NCBI GenBank assembly: GCA_965222605.1
Contig: OZ244960.1
Coordinates: 2,496,001-2,560,000 of the forward strand
Direction of reading: 5' to 3'
From: Candidatus Latescibacterota bacterium
Lineage (GTDB): Bacteria > Latescibacterota > UBA2968
DNA length: 64,000 nucleotides
In this document: piece by piece, positions 41,004 to 48,723 of the stretch
Layout of the letters: each line of letters starts with the position of its first letter
Numbering within the stretch: the stretch's first letter is position 1
Made by a program: the position numbers and the translations under genes
Notes under the pieces: generated by a model
What the model saw: only the letters and a program-made list of their open reading frames with translations
Told to the model about the DNA's origin: nothing
Databases searched by the model: none

Positions 41004-42033
41004 GCACAAAATCAACCAATTTCCGCACATTCTCCACAGGTGTGCGCTGTAAAATCCCATGCCCCAAATTAAAAATATGCCCCGACTTACCCTTCACCGA
41101 ATCCAATACGCGCCCTGTCTGCCGCTCTATCTCCTCAAAAGGCGCGAACAACACAACGGGATCCAGATTGCCCTGCACACCCACATCATCGCCCAAACGA
41201 CGCCACGCCACATCCAGGTCAATGCGCCAATCAACGCCAATAACATCGCCTCCCGCTTCCTTCAACAACTCGAGAATACCCGCCGTGCCCGTGCCAAAAT
41301 GAATAAGCGGCACATCTACTTCTGCCTTCGCAATCGCAATCGCCTTCTGCGAATGCGGCAACACGTATTCGCGATAATCAGCCGGACTCAACGCCCCGAC
41401 CCAGCTATCAAACACCTGCAATACCCGAGCACCCGCCCGGACCTGCGCGATGAGATAATCGCCAATAGCTGTCGCCATCATATCCATCAAACGATGCCAT
41501 TGCTCTGTCTCGCCATACATCAACCCCTTGGCAACTTCGTAATTGCGCGACGAACCGCCTTCCACCGCATAACAAACCAGCGTAAAGGGCGCACCTGCAA
41601 AACCGATCAACGGAATGCGACCATTGAGTTCTGCTGCAGCCATCCGAATGGCGTCACCGGCATAAGGCATGGCCTCTTCGGCGGGTCTCAAGATCAAAGC
41701 ATCGATATCGGCCACTGTGCGAATCGGGTTGTGAATAACCGGACCCTCGCCTTTTACATAGTCCAGATCCAAACCCATCGATTCGAGAATCGGCAGCAAA
41801 TCCTGAAAAATAATCGCAGCATCCACATCATAAGCGTTCACAGGTTGCATCGTAATCGCCGTGGAGATCTCGGGCGTCTTCACCATATCGAGAAAACTGT
41901 AGCGATCGCGATACGTCCAATAAGCCTTCATATACCGCCCGGCCTGGCGCATAAACCAAACAGGCGTCGCATCCACACATTCACGACGACACGCTTTTAA
42001 AAAACGATCTGAACCGGGACCATCACCCATCAT
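40984..42033 (-). CDS. hemE: Uroporphyrinogen decarboxylase
   Basis: PVWFMRQAGRY, IGFAGAPFT, QVFDSW, IFNLGHG. Confidence 0.96.
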   Translation of the reverse strand: MMGDGPGSDRFLKACRRECVDATPVWFMRQAGRYMKAYWTYRDRYSFLDMVKTPEISTAITMQPVNAYDVDAAIIFQDLLPILESMGLDLDYVKGEGPVIHNPIRTVADIDALILRPAEEAMPYAGDAIRMAAAELNGRIPLIGFAGAPFTLVCYAVEGGSSRNYEVAKGLMYGETEQWHRLMDMMATAIGDYLIAQVRAGARVLQVFDSWVGALSPADYREYVLPHSQKAIAIAKAEVDVPLIHFGTGTAGILELLKEAGGDVIGVDWRIDLDVAWRRLGDDVGVQGNLDPVVLFAPFEEIERQTGRVLDSVKGKSGHIFNLGHGILQRTPVENVRKLVDFVHEYTTR

Positions 42034-42271
42034 CCAGCCCCTCCAGCACCCGCATCAAATCCTCCAGCGATACAATTTCTTCCCCAGTCCTAACAAGAAG
42101 CTCTGGCGCCGCGTCTTCCCCAGAGGTTCCAAACACAAACCACTCAAACTCGCGCAAAAACTTCAGACAATGCCACTCACCTGTGCGCGCGTAATCTTCG
42201 CTACACAACTCTCGAGGAATCGGGCATCCATCGTACAACCCGCGGGGGCAGGGTCTGCGTTTTTTCGGCAT
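42023..42271 (-). CDS. Small hypothetical Cys-containing protein
   Basis: 82 aa; gagg RBS; fills the glnA-hemE gap exactly; four Cys in the N-terminal half. Confidence 0.6.
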   Translation of the reverse strand: MPKKRRPCPRGLYDGCPIPRELCSEDYARTGEWHCLKFLREFEWFVFGTSGEDAAPELLVRTGEEIVSLEDLMRVLEGLDDG

Positions 42272-42280
42272 CTCTGTACC

Positions 42281-43615
42281 TCACAAAATCTTAAGGTGTT
42301 GATCCAGTTCGTAACCAGTCACCTGCGCCCTGTAATTGGCCCATTCGATCTTCTTGTTCGCAATAAACTTCTCAAAAATGTGATTGCCCAGGGCATTGCG
42401 AAGCAGATCGCTGCCCTCGGCGAGATCAATAGCCTGTGACAGATCCAGAGGCAGGGTTTTAATACCCGCTTTTTCTCGTTCAGCACTGGACATCTCAGCG
42501 ACATTCTTTTTCATAGGCGACGGCACTTCATAGCGTTTTTCAATACCCTCTAATCCCGCAGCCAGCATAATCGCAAATGCCAGATAGGGATTGCAGGCCG
42601 GATCGGGCGACCGGTATTCGACGCGCGTTGTACTCGCTTTATCTGGCGAATAGGCAGGCACGCGTACCAGATCTGATCGGTTGACCGCCGACCACGTTGT
42701 GTACAACGGGGCTTCGTAACCCGGCACCAATCGCTTATACGAATTTACCCACTGATTGGTCACCAGCGTCATCTCGCAGGCATGTTTGAGCAAGCCCGCG
42801 ATAAAATACCGCGCCGTAGCCGACAGATGGTATTCATCTTCAGCGTCGTAAAACGCGTTGTCTTCCCCCTGAAACAGCGACATATTCGTATGCATACCAT
42901 TGCCATTGGCACCAAAAAGAGGTTTGGGCATAAACGTCGCCCAAACGCCGTGTTTCACGGCAATCTCTTTCACCACCAAACGGTAGGTCATCGCATTGTC
43001 TGCCATAGTGAGCGCATCGGTATAAAGCAAATCGATTTCGTGTTGGCTGGGCGCGTCTTCGTGATGACTGGACGCCACCTCAATCCCCATTTTCTCCAGC
43101 GTCAATACGGTATCCCGGCGCAGATCACTCGCCACATCTAAAGATGTCTGGTCAAAATACCCACCCTCATCTAAACCTTTGAGAGGAACCTCGGGTTTTT
43201 CAAAATAGAAAAATTCCATCTCTGGACTTACGTAAAAAGCAAATCCCATATCGCCTGCGCGTTTCAAATTTTTTTTCAGCACCCAGCGCGGGTCTCCACG
43301 ATATGGTTTTCCCCCCGGCTGGAGAATATCGCAAAACATACGCGCAACTGTGCCGCCTTCCTGCGGGCGAAAGGGCAGCACCTGGAAAGTATTGGGATCG
43401 GGCATTGCGATCATATCGCTCTCGTCAATGCGCGCAAATCCCTCTACGGCCGAACCATCAAAACCGATCCCTTCGGTTAAAGCACCATCGAGTTGCTCAA
43501 CGGGAATTGCGACACTCTTTAGAAATCCCAAAATATCGGTAAACCAGAGCCTGATAAATTTGACCCCGTGTTCCGACGCGGCATTCAGCACGTATTCGCG
43601 GCTTCCATCATTCAT
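42281..43615 (-). CDS. glnA: Glutamine synthetase type I (alpha-like)
   Basis: FDGSAVEGF, HHEDAPSQHE, ATFMPKP, NSYKRLVPGYEAP, EYRSPDPACNPY. Confidence 0.92.
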   Translation of the reverse strand: MNDGSREYVLNAASEHGVKFIRLWFTDILGFLKSVAIPVEQLDGALTEGIGFDGSAVEGFARIDESDMIAMPDPNTFQVLPFRPQEGGTVARMFCDILQPGGKPYRGDPRWVLKKNLKRAGDMGFAFYVSPEMEFFYFEKPEVPLKGLDEGGYFDQTSLDVASDLRRDTVLTLEKMGIEVASSHHEDAPSQHEIDLLYTDALTMADNAMTYRLVVKEIAVKHGVWATFMPKPLFGANGNGMHTNMSLFQGEDNAFYDAEDEYHLSATARYFIAGLLKHACEMTLVTNQWVNSYKRLVPGYEAPLYTTWSAVNRSDLVRVPAYSPDKASTTRVEYRSPDPACNPYLAFAIMLAAGLEGIEKRYEVPSPMKKNVAEMSSAEREKAGIKTLPLDLSQAIDLAEGSDLLRNALGNHIFEKFIANKKIEWANYRAQVTGYELDQHLKIL

Positions 43616-43737
43616 AGTTCTAACCTGTATTTTACAGTGAAACAGCACCGAAATAACTGCCAAACTTACGCTTATTATATTTCGGGCAGGTTTCAGATAT
43701 ATTTCGCTAATATTAAAAGATAGTGATCCTACTCGGC

Positions 43738-43774
43738 AAAAAAAAAGCGCGGCTATGCCGCGCCTTATTTTTTT
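43738..43774 (-). terminator. Intrinsic terminator
   Basis: A9-gcgcggc-tat-gccgcgc followed by a T-tract. Confidence 0.78.
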
Positions 43775-43783
43775 ATCAACACC

Positions 43784-44290
43784 CTACTGAACCCGCATCC
43801 ATGTATCAACCCAGGCCCCCTCATAAGATGCCGTCATCGTATTGCCTTCAAAAACCCACTGCTGCTCATCGTGTGCAATCTCAATTTTATCGCCTTCAAC
43901 AGTAATTTTGCCCTTCACACTTCTGCCTTTGGGATAAATCGACATAGATGCTTCGGCAGAAGAGCGATACCCCTGGCGAACCAGCACATGCCTGGCTCGC
44001 GTAATCGCCGATGTAGAAATTTCATACGTGCTGGCAGCATAATTAAATCGCCGGGGCGTGCCATCTTTTAAGTCTTCGAGAAAATTGAGCGTAACATGTG
44101 CTTTTCGAGAACTGATTGGCTCCCAAAAAAGCGACCCTTTTATATGTGGGGTACTCAACACAGTACCATCTTGCAATTGGCGCTTTTGCAAGACCCAGGT
44201 ACCTGCCAGTTGTGTTTGCATATCTGACAGACGATCACTGCATCCCTGCATCGCGAACACAGACAGGAAGAATATCATCAGGCGTTTCAT
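43784..44290 (-). CDS. Hypothetical lipoprotein, lipocalin-like
   Basis: RBS ggagg; lipobox MQG-C; LAGTWVL start motif and terminal WMRV. Own promoter TTGACA-17-TATACT at 44362-44334. Confidence 0.7.
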   Translation of the reverse strand: MKRLMIFFLSVFAMQGCSDRLSDMQTQLAGTWVLQKRQLQDGTVLSTPHIKGSLFWEPISSRKAHVTLNFLEDLKDGTPRRFNYAASTYEISTSAITRARHVLVRQGYRSSAEASMSIYPKGRSVKGKITVEGDKIEIAHDEQQWVFEGNTMTASYEGAWVDTWMRVQ

Positions 44291-44365
44291 TTTGGCCTCC
44301 GTGCGAGTTATCATCTCAAAAATGAACTTCTAAAGTATATTTTTCGATTTGCGCGCTGTCAAGCT

Positions 44366-44403
44366 AAAAAAAGAAAAGAAGAGCACCCAACGGTACTCTT
44401 CTT
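44366..44403 (-). terminator. Terminator after the sigma factor gene
   Basis: aagaagagcacc-caac-ggtactcttctt with a U-tract on the minus strand. Confidence 0.7.
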
Positions 44404-44436
44404 GTGAAACTGGATTACTGGCGTAATTACAATGTA

Positions 44437-45288
44437 TCAGGTCACTTCCAACAACGGCTCAAGCTGCGAGCGACGACGCGGATGGCGCAATCTGCGAAGT
44501 GCTTTCTCCTTAATTTGTCGCACGCGCTCTCTGGTCAAATTGAACCGAACGCCAATCTCTTCAAGCGTAAGCGGCTCTTCACCGCCCAGACCAAAATACA
44601 GGCGCAAAACCTCGGTCTCCCGGTCATCCAGAGATGTGAGCACATCTCTCACCTGTTCGCGCACCGAATCTTCTACAACTTCTTCATCGGGTGCCTTTTG
44701 CGTATTATCGGGCAACACATGCAGCAAACTGTGGTCATCCTCCTCGCGGAAAGACGCATCCAGAGACCAGACATCGCGCGCGCGCATCAGCGTATCCTGA
44801 ACCATCTCCACTGATACGCCGAGTTCTTTGGCCACAGTTTCGGGTTCGGGTTCGGTCTCGCTTGCTTGCCTCAGTTCGCGCGACACCTTTGAAATATTGT
44901 GCAACAAATCAATGCGGTTAATGGGCAACCGCACAACCCGCGAATCCTGTGCCAGACTCTGGTGAATCGCCTGGCGGATCCACCAAACAGCATAGGAAAT
45001 AAACTTAAAGCCCCGCGTGCCATCAAAGCGCTCGGCAGCCGTCATCAGGCCCATATTCCCCGCACTGATTAAATCGGCCAGAGGTACCCCGTGATTTTGA
45101 TATTCCCGCGCCACGCTCACCACAAAGCGGAGGTTGGCCGAAACCAGTTTATCTCTGGATCTCTGACAACCTTTATGAATCTTTTTTGCCAGTTCAATCT
45201 CTTCTGCGCTCGAAAGGGGTTCAGACGAGGCAATGTCTCGCAGATACAAATCCAGAGACTCACTGTCTTGAATCATAATTCCAGGCAA
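44437..45288 (-). CDS. sigma70 family RpoD/SigA-like sigma factor lacking region 1.1
   Basis: SLDLYLRDI, ANLRFVVSVA, FKFISYAVWWIRQAI, TLEEIG...LTRERVRQIKEKAL; TTG start with aggagg RBS. Confidence 0.93.
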   Translation of the reverse strand: MPGIMIQDSESLDLYLRDIASSEPLSSAEEIELAKKIHKGCQRSRDKLVSANLRFVVSVAREYQNHGVPLADLISAGNMGLMTAAERFDGTRGFKFISYAVWWIRQAIHQSLAQDSRVVRLPINRIDLLHNISKVSRELRQASETEPEPETVAKELGVSVEMVQDTLMRARDVWSLDASFREEDDHSLLHVLPDNTQKAPDEEVVEDSVREQVRDVLTSLDDRETEVLRLYFGLGGEEPLTLEEIGVRFNLTRERVRQIKEKALRRLRHPRRRSQLEPLLEVT

Positions 45289-45328
45289 GGGGAACCTCCT
45301 GTAAAAGGATGGGGAGCTGATGTATATG

Positions 45329-45895
45329 CTATAAAACAGAATGGGGAGACGACACCTTGCGAATTTGCGCGAGATGTTTCGTCATAAATTGATACATGCT
45401 CATCGATGTGTCGCAGGCCATTAACCCCGCACGCACATCTGAATTTTTAAACAGCAGGGCCAAATTGCTCAAAACCGACAGATAAGGCACAGGAGCCGCA
45501 TCGGGTACTGCAACCATGCATATCACGTGAACGGGTTCTGCATCTGGGGGAAAAGCAATACCCGTCTGAGAAATGCCCAATGCCACACCGGGCTGAGCAA
45601 CGGAGCGGCATCGCGCATGGGGCAGTGCAACACCCCGGCCCAAAACAGTACTCATCTGATCTTCTCGATCCAAAATAGTTTGCAAAAACTTCAGACTATC
45701 GACCACCTTCCTGCGCCCATAGAGCCGATCAACCAGTTCTTTGATCGCCCCCATGCGATCTTGTGATTGCAGATCGGGTACAAGAAGCGAAACATCAAAA
45801 TGGAAAACGTCTTCTTCGGGTAAAATTGTCGTTTGAGTCACCTGGCCCCCACACGCAACAAAATGCAGAATTTGCATCTTCAAACTATAAGACAT
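45329..45895 (-). CDS. PTS EIIA domain protein (PtsN/fructose-mannitol type; start uncertain)
   Basis: ILDREDQMSTVLGRGVALPHAR with the phospho-His retained. Confidence 0.85.
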   Translation of the reverse strand: MSYSLKMQILHFVACGGQVTQTTILPEEDVFHFDVSLLVPDLQSQDRMGAIKELVDRLYGRRKVVDSLKFLQTILDREDQMSTVLGRGVALPHARCRSVAQPGVALGISQTGIAFPPDAEPVHVICMVAVPDAAPVPYLSVLSNLALLFKNSDVRAGLMACDTSMSMYQFMTKHLAQIRKVSSPHSVL

Positions 45896-45989
45896 TTATT
45901 AGAAATGGAGAATAACTCATTAACATCAATAAAAACATAAGGTTAATCCCCAATATCAAAAATCCGCGATAAACGCGCTCTGATGTTAC

Positions 45990-46006
45990 AGCAATATCCG
46001 TGCCAA
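45990..46006 (-). promoter_or_regulatory. sigma54 (RpoN) -24/-12 promoter
   Basis: Minus strand TTGGCACGGATATTGCT matches TGGCACG-N4-TTGCW exactly. Confidence 0.88.
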
Positions 46007-46023
46007 AAATACACCTATAGGTA

Positions 46024-46137
46024 TAACTTATTGTTTATATTGCAAAAAGATTGAAAGATCGCATCTGCATACTCTTTTTTATCTCATTTAGTATGCAAAA
46101 ATTGCACCACATTTATAATCAAAATGCAAAAATTGCG
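46024..46137 (-). promoter_or_regulatory. IHF-like site and two upstream activator (enhancer) repeats
   Basis: Minus strand AAACAATAAGTTA (46036-46024) has one mismatch to WATCAANNNNTTR; ATGCAAAAATTGC occurs at 46093 and 46124 (31-bp period). Confidence 0.72.
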
Positions 46138-46147
46138 TTTTTGAAAA

Positions 46148-47506
46148 TTAGCGCAGATTATACGCCTTGATCTTGTATTGCAACGCGCGAACACTGATCC
46201 CCAACAAAGCTGCGGCCTTTTTGCGATTTGCCGTCACATGTGCAAGTGTTTTTTCGATAAGCGCGCGCTCTACTTCTGCAAGCGATGAACCGAGTTCGAC
46301 CGTTATGGTATCTGTCGCATTCTGGGCATCGCGCACCCGAGAAGGCAAGTGATCGACATCGACTTCTTGATCCGCACAGGTTACCACAATACGCTCAATA
46401 GTATTTTTTAACTCGCGCACATTGCCGGGCCATAAATAGGCCAGAACCCTGTCCATCGCATCGGGAGTTAATTCCTTGCGCGGTTTGTGGTGCAACACAC
46501 ACAGGTTATCAAAAAACACATCGATCAAAAGCGGAATATCTTCGACGCGCTCGCGAAGCGGTGGCAAGCGAATGGGCACCACATTGATGCGGTAATACAG
46601 ATCTTCTCTAAATCGCCCTTCTGCCACTTCTCGCTCGAGATCGCGATTGGTGACAAAAATGGTTCGCACATCTGCGGCCACCGCTTTGGTACTGCCCACC
46701 GGTCGATAGGCTCTTTCTTCTAATACCCGAAGCAAATCGACTTGATTGGGCAATGGGATTTCACCCACTTCATCAAAAAAAAGCGTCCCACCTTCAGCCG
46801 CGGCAAAAAACCCCGCCTTATCCGCTGTCGCGCCCGTAAACGCGCCTTTTACATAACCGAACAACTCGCTGCCGAATAATGTCTCGGCAAATGCCCCGCA
46901 GTTCATCGCCACCAGGGGCGCGTTCCGCCGCGCACTCGCATGATGAATCGCACGCGCCACGAGTTCTTTCCCCGTGCCCGTTTCTCCGGTAATCAAAACC
47001 GGCACATCGGTCATTGCCGCCTGCTCTATAGTATCACAGACGTGCTCCATGACGGCACTTCGATGCACAATATCTCCATTTTCACCATTGGAATCCAGAC
47101 GCGCTCGCAATACGCGGTTTTCCGCCACCAGTGCCTGGTGATCGAGCAAACGCTCTAAGGACAGGCGCAATCGCTTCAGATCTACTGGCTTGGTCAAATA
47201 ATCATAAGCCCCTCGTCGCATGGCTTCAACAGCCGTCTCCACCTCTCCATAAGCCGTAATCACAATAACGCCAATTTCGCGATTTGAACCGCTCACCCAC
47301 TTCAAAAGTGCCAGACCATCCTGACCCGGCATCTTAAGATCAAAAATCGCGGCGTCATACTCATGGGCTTCCATAAGTGCTTTTGCTTTGTGACCGTCAT
47401 AAGCCACATCAACCCGATAACCGTCTTTGGTCATCGCCTCCCGCAGACCTTCGCAGATATAGTACTCATCATCTGCAATTAAAATCCGAATCTCACTCGC
47501 GTCCAT
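46148..47506 (-). CDS. sigma54-dependent response regulator (NtrC/AtoC family bEBP)
   Basis: REC domain (ADDE...FDLKMPG...YLTKP), GETGTGKE, ELFGYVKGAFTGA, FREDLYYR, WPGNVREL, Fis-type HTH. Confidence 0.95.
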   Translation of the reverse strand: MDASEIRILIADDEYYICEGLREAMTKDGYRVDVAYDGHKAKALMEAHEYDAAIFDLKMPGQDGLALLKWVSGSNREIGVIVITAYGEVETAVEAMRRGAYDYLTKPVDLKRLRLSLERLLDHQALVAENRVLRARLDSNGENGDIVHRSAVMEHVCDTIEQAAMTDVPVLITGETGTGKELVARAIHHASARRNAPLVAMNCGAFAETLFGSELFGYVKGAFTGATADKAGFFAAAEGGTLFFDEVGEIPLPNQVDLLRVLEERAYRPVGSTKAVAADVRTIFVTNRDLEREVAEGRFREDLYYRINVVPIRLPPLRERVEDIPLLIDVFFDNLCVLHHKPRKELTPDAMDRVLAYLWPGNVRELKNTIERIVVTCADQEVDVDHLPSRVRDAQNATDTITVELGSSLAEVERALIEKTLAHVTANRKKAAALLGISVRALQYKIKAYNLR

Positions 47507-48578
47507 AAGTTGCCTCTGTTTGTCTCTCAGGCACGGGCAAATACACCCGGAAGGTCGTTCCCCGTTCGGGGCGGCTCTCAACGTCAATGTGTCCATCGTG
47601 CTGATAAATGATGCGCTGGGCAATAGACAGCCCCAACCCGGTACCTTCATCTTTGGTCGTATAATAAAACTCGAAAATGCGATCCACTTCTTCTTCGGGA
47701 ATCCCGCATCCCGTATCTGTAAGCATCAAACACACCTGCCCCGACTCGGTTTGTGTTCGGGCAATCAAATCGCCACCAGCGGCCATTGACTGAAAGGCAT
47801 TCACCACAATATTGAGCACGGCTTGACCGAGTTGATCTTCATCCCCATTGATCGCGGGCAGATCGTCGGAAAGTCCCAGACGCAACACGACCTCGCGCTC
47901 GCGCGCTTCGGGCGAGACCAGATCAAAAACACGGCGAACCACGTCGTTTAAAGACATCTGCCGCAAATGGAGTTTGGGCGTGCGCGAAAAACGCAAAAAA
48001 TTATGTACAATGCGGTCGAGTCGTTTCATCTCTGTTTGCGCAATATTGAGTCGCCCCACAAGACGATCTTTTAAGGCACTTGCCAACTCGTCGAGGTCTT
48101 CTTCCAACAATTGCAATTGAATATCAATCGCCCCCAGGGGATTGCGCACCTCATGGGCAACAGAAGCGGCCAAGCGCCCCAACGCCGTCATTTTTTCAAC
48201 TTGAAAGATCTCCCACTCCATCCGCTTTATCTCAGAGACATCGCGCACCGCCAGCACCAGCCCGCACTGCGTATCTGCATCTAAAAACGACGTGCTCACG
48301 CGCAGGTGTTGCAATCCACCGTCGGCATTGTGGTGTACCAGGTCTATATCTGAGACTAATACTTTGTTTTTCATACCCTCGTTCAAAATCCGCAACAACT
48401 CGGGGCGTTGGACAAATAGCATCTCTGGCGAAGCCCCGCAAACGGCCTGTTTGTCCCACCCCATCAATGCAATCAGATGGGCATTGACCATTACGGCCCG
48501 ATGTGTCTTATCAAAAGCCACGATGCCCTCCCCCAGCCCCTCCAAAATTGAGGCACTATAATCCATAGCCATGTCCAT
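47493..48578 (-). CDS. Soluble PAS-domain sensor histidine kinase (NtrB-like architecture)
   Basis: N-terminal PAS, H-box VAHEVRNPL, NAFQ, DTGCGI, GTGLGL; no TM helix; overlaps the regulator gene. Confidence 0.93.
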   Translation of the reverse strand: MDMAMDYSASILEGLGEGIVAFDKTHRAVMVNAHLIALMGWDKQAVCGASPEMLFVQRPELLRILNEGMKNKVLVSDIDLVHHNADGGLQHLRVSTSFLDADTQCGLVLAVRDVSEIKRMEWEIFQVEKMTALGRLAASVAHEVRNPLGAIDIQLQLLEEDLDELASALKDRLVGRLNIAQTEMKRLDRIVHNFLRFSRTPKLHLRQMSLNDVVRRVFDLVSPEAREREVVLRLGLSDDLPAINGDEDQLGQAVLNIVVNAFQSMAAGGDLIARTQTESGQVCLMLTDTGCGIPEEEVDRIFEFYYTTKDEGTGLGLSIAQRIIYQHDGHIDVESRPERGTTFRVYLPVPERQTEATYGRE

Positions 48579-48657
48579 ACGCGTTCTCCCGATACAGCGA
48601 AAAAGCCTCTCACTGTTAATGTTCCATATTTCTACCCAAAGCGCAAGCCCAAATATC

Positions 48658-48687
48658 TTGACACTTATCCATTGGGCGTGATATTAT
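48658..48687 (+). promoter_or_regulatory. Putative sigma70 promoter of glnD
   Basis: TTGACA-18 bp-TATTAT with extended TG. Confidence 0.6.
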
Positions 48688-48723
48688 TAACCTCTGACGT
48701 AGCCATTTCCAAAGGATTGCCCA

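Noticed and set aside
43644-43663. Possible sigma54 promoter upstream of glnA (minus strand TTGGCAGTTATTTCGG)
   Set aside because: The -12 TTGC is absent at the required spacing (TCGG), and no NtrC- or GlnR-type palindrome was seen.
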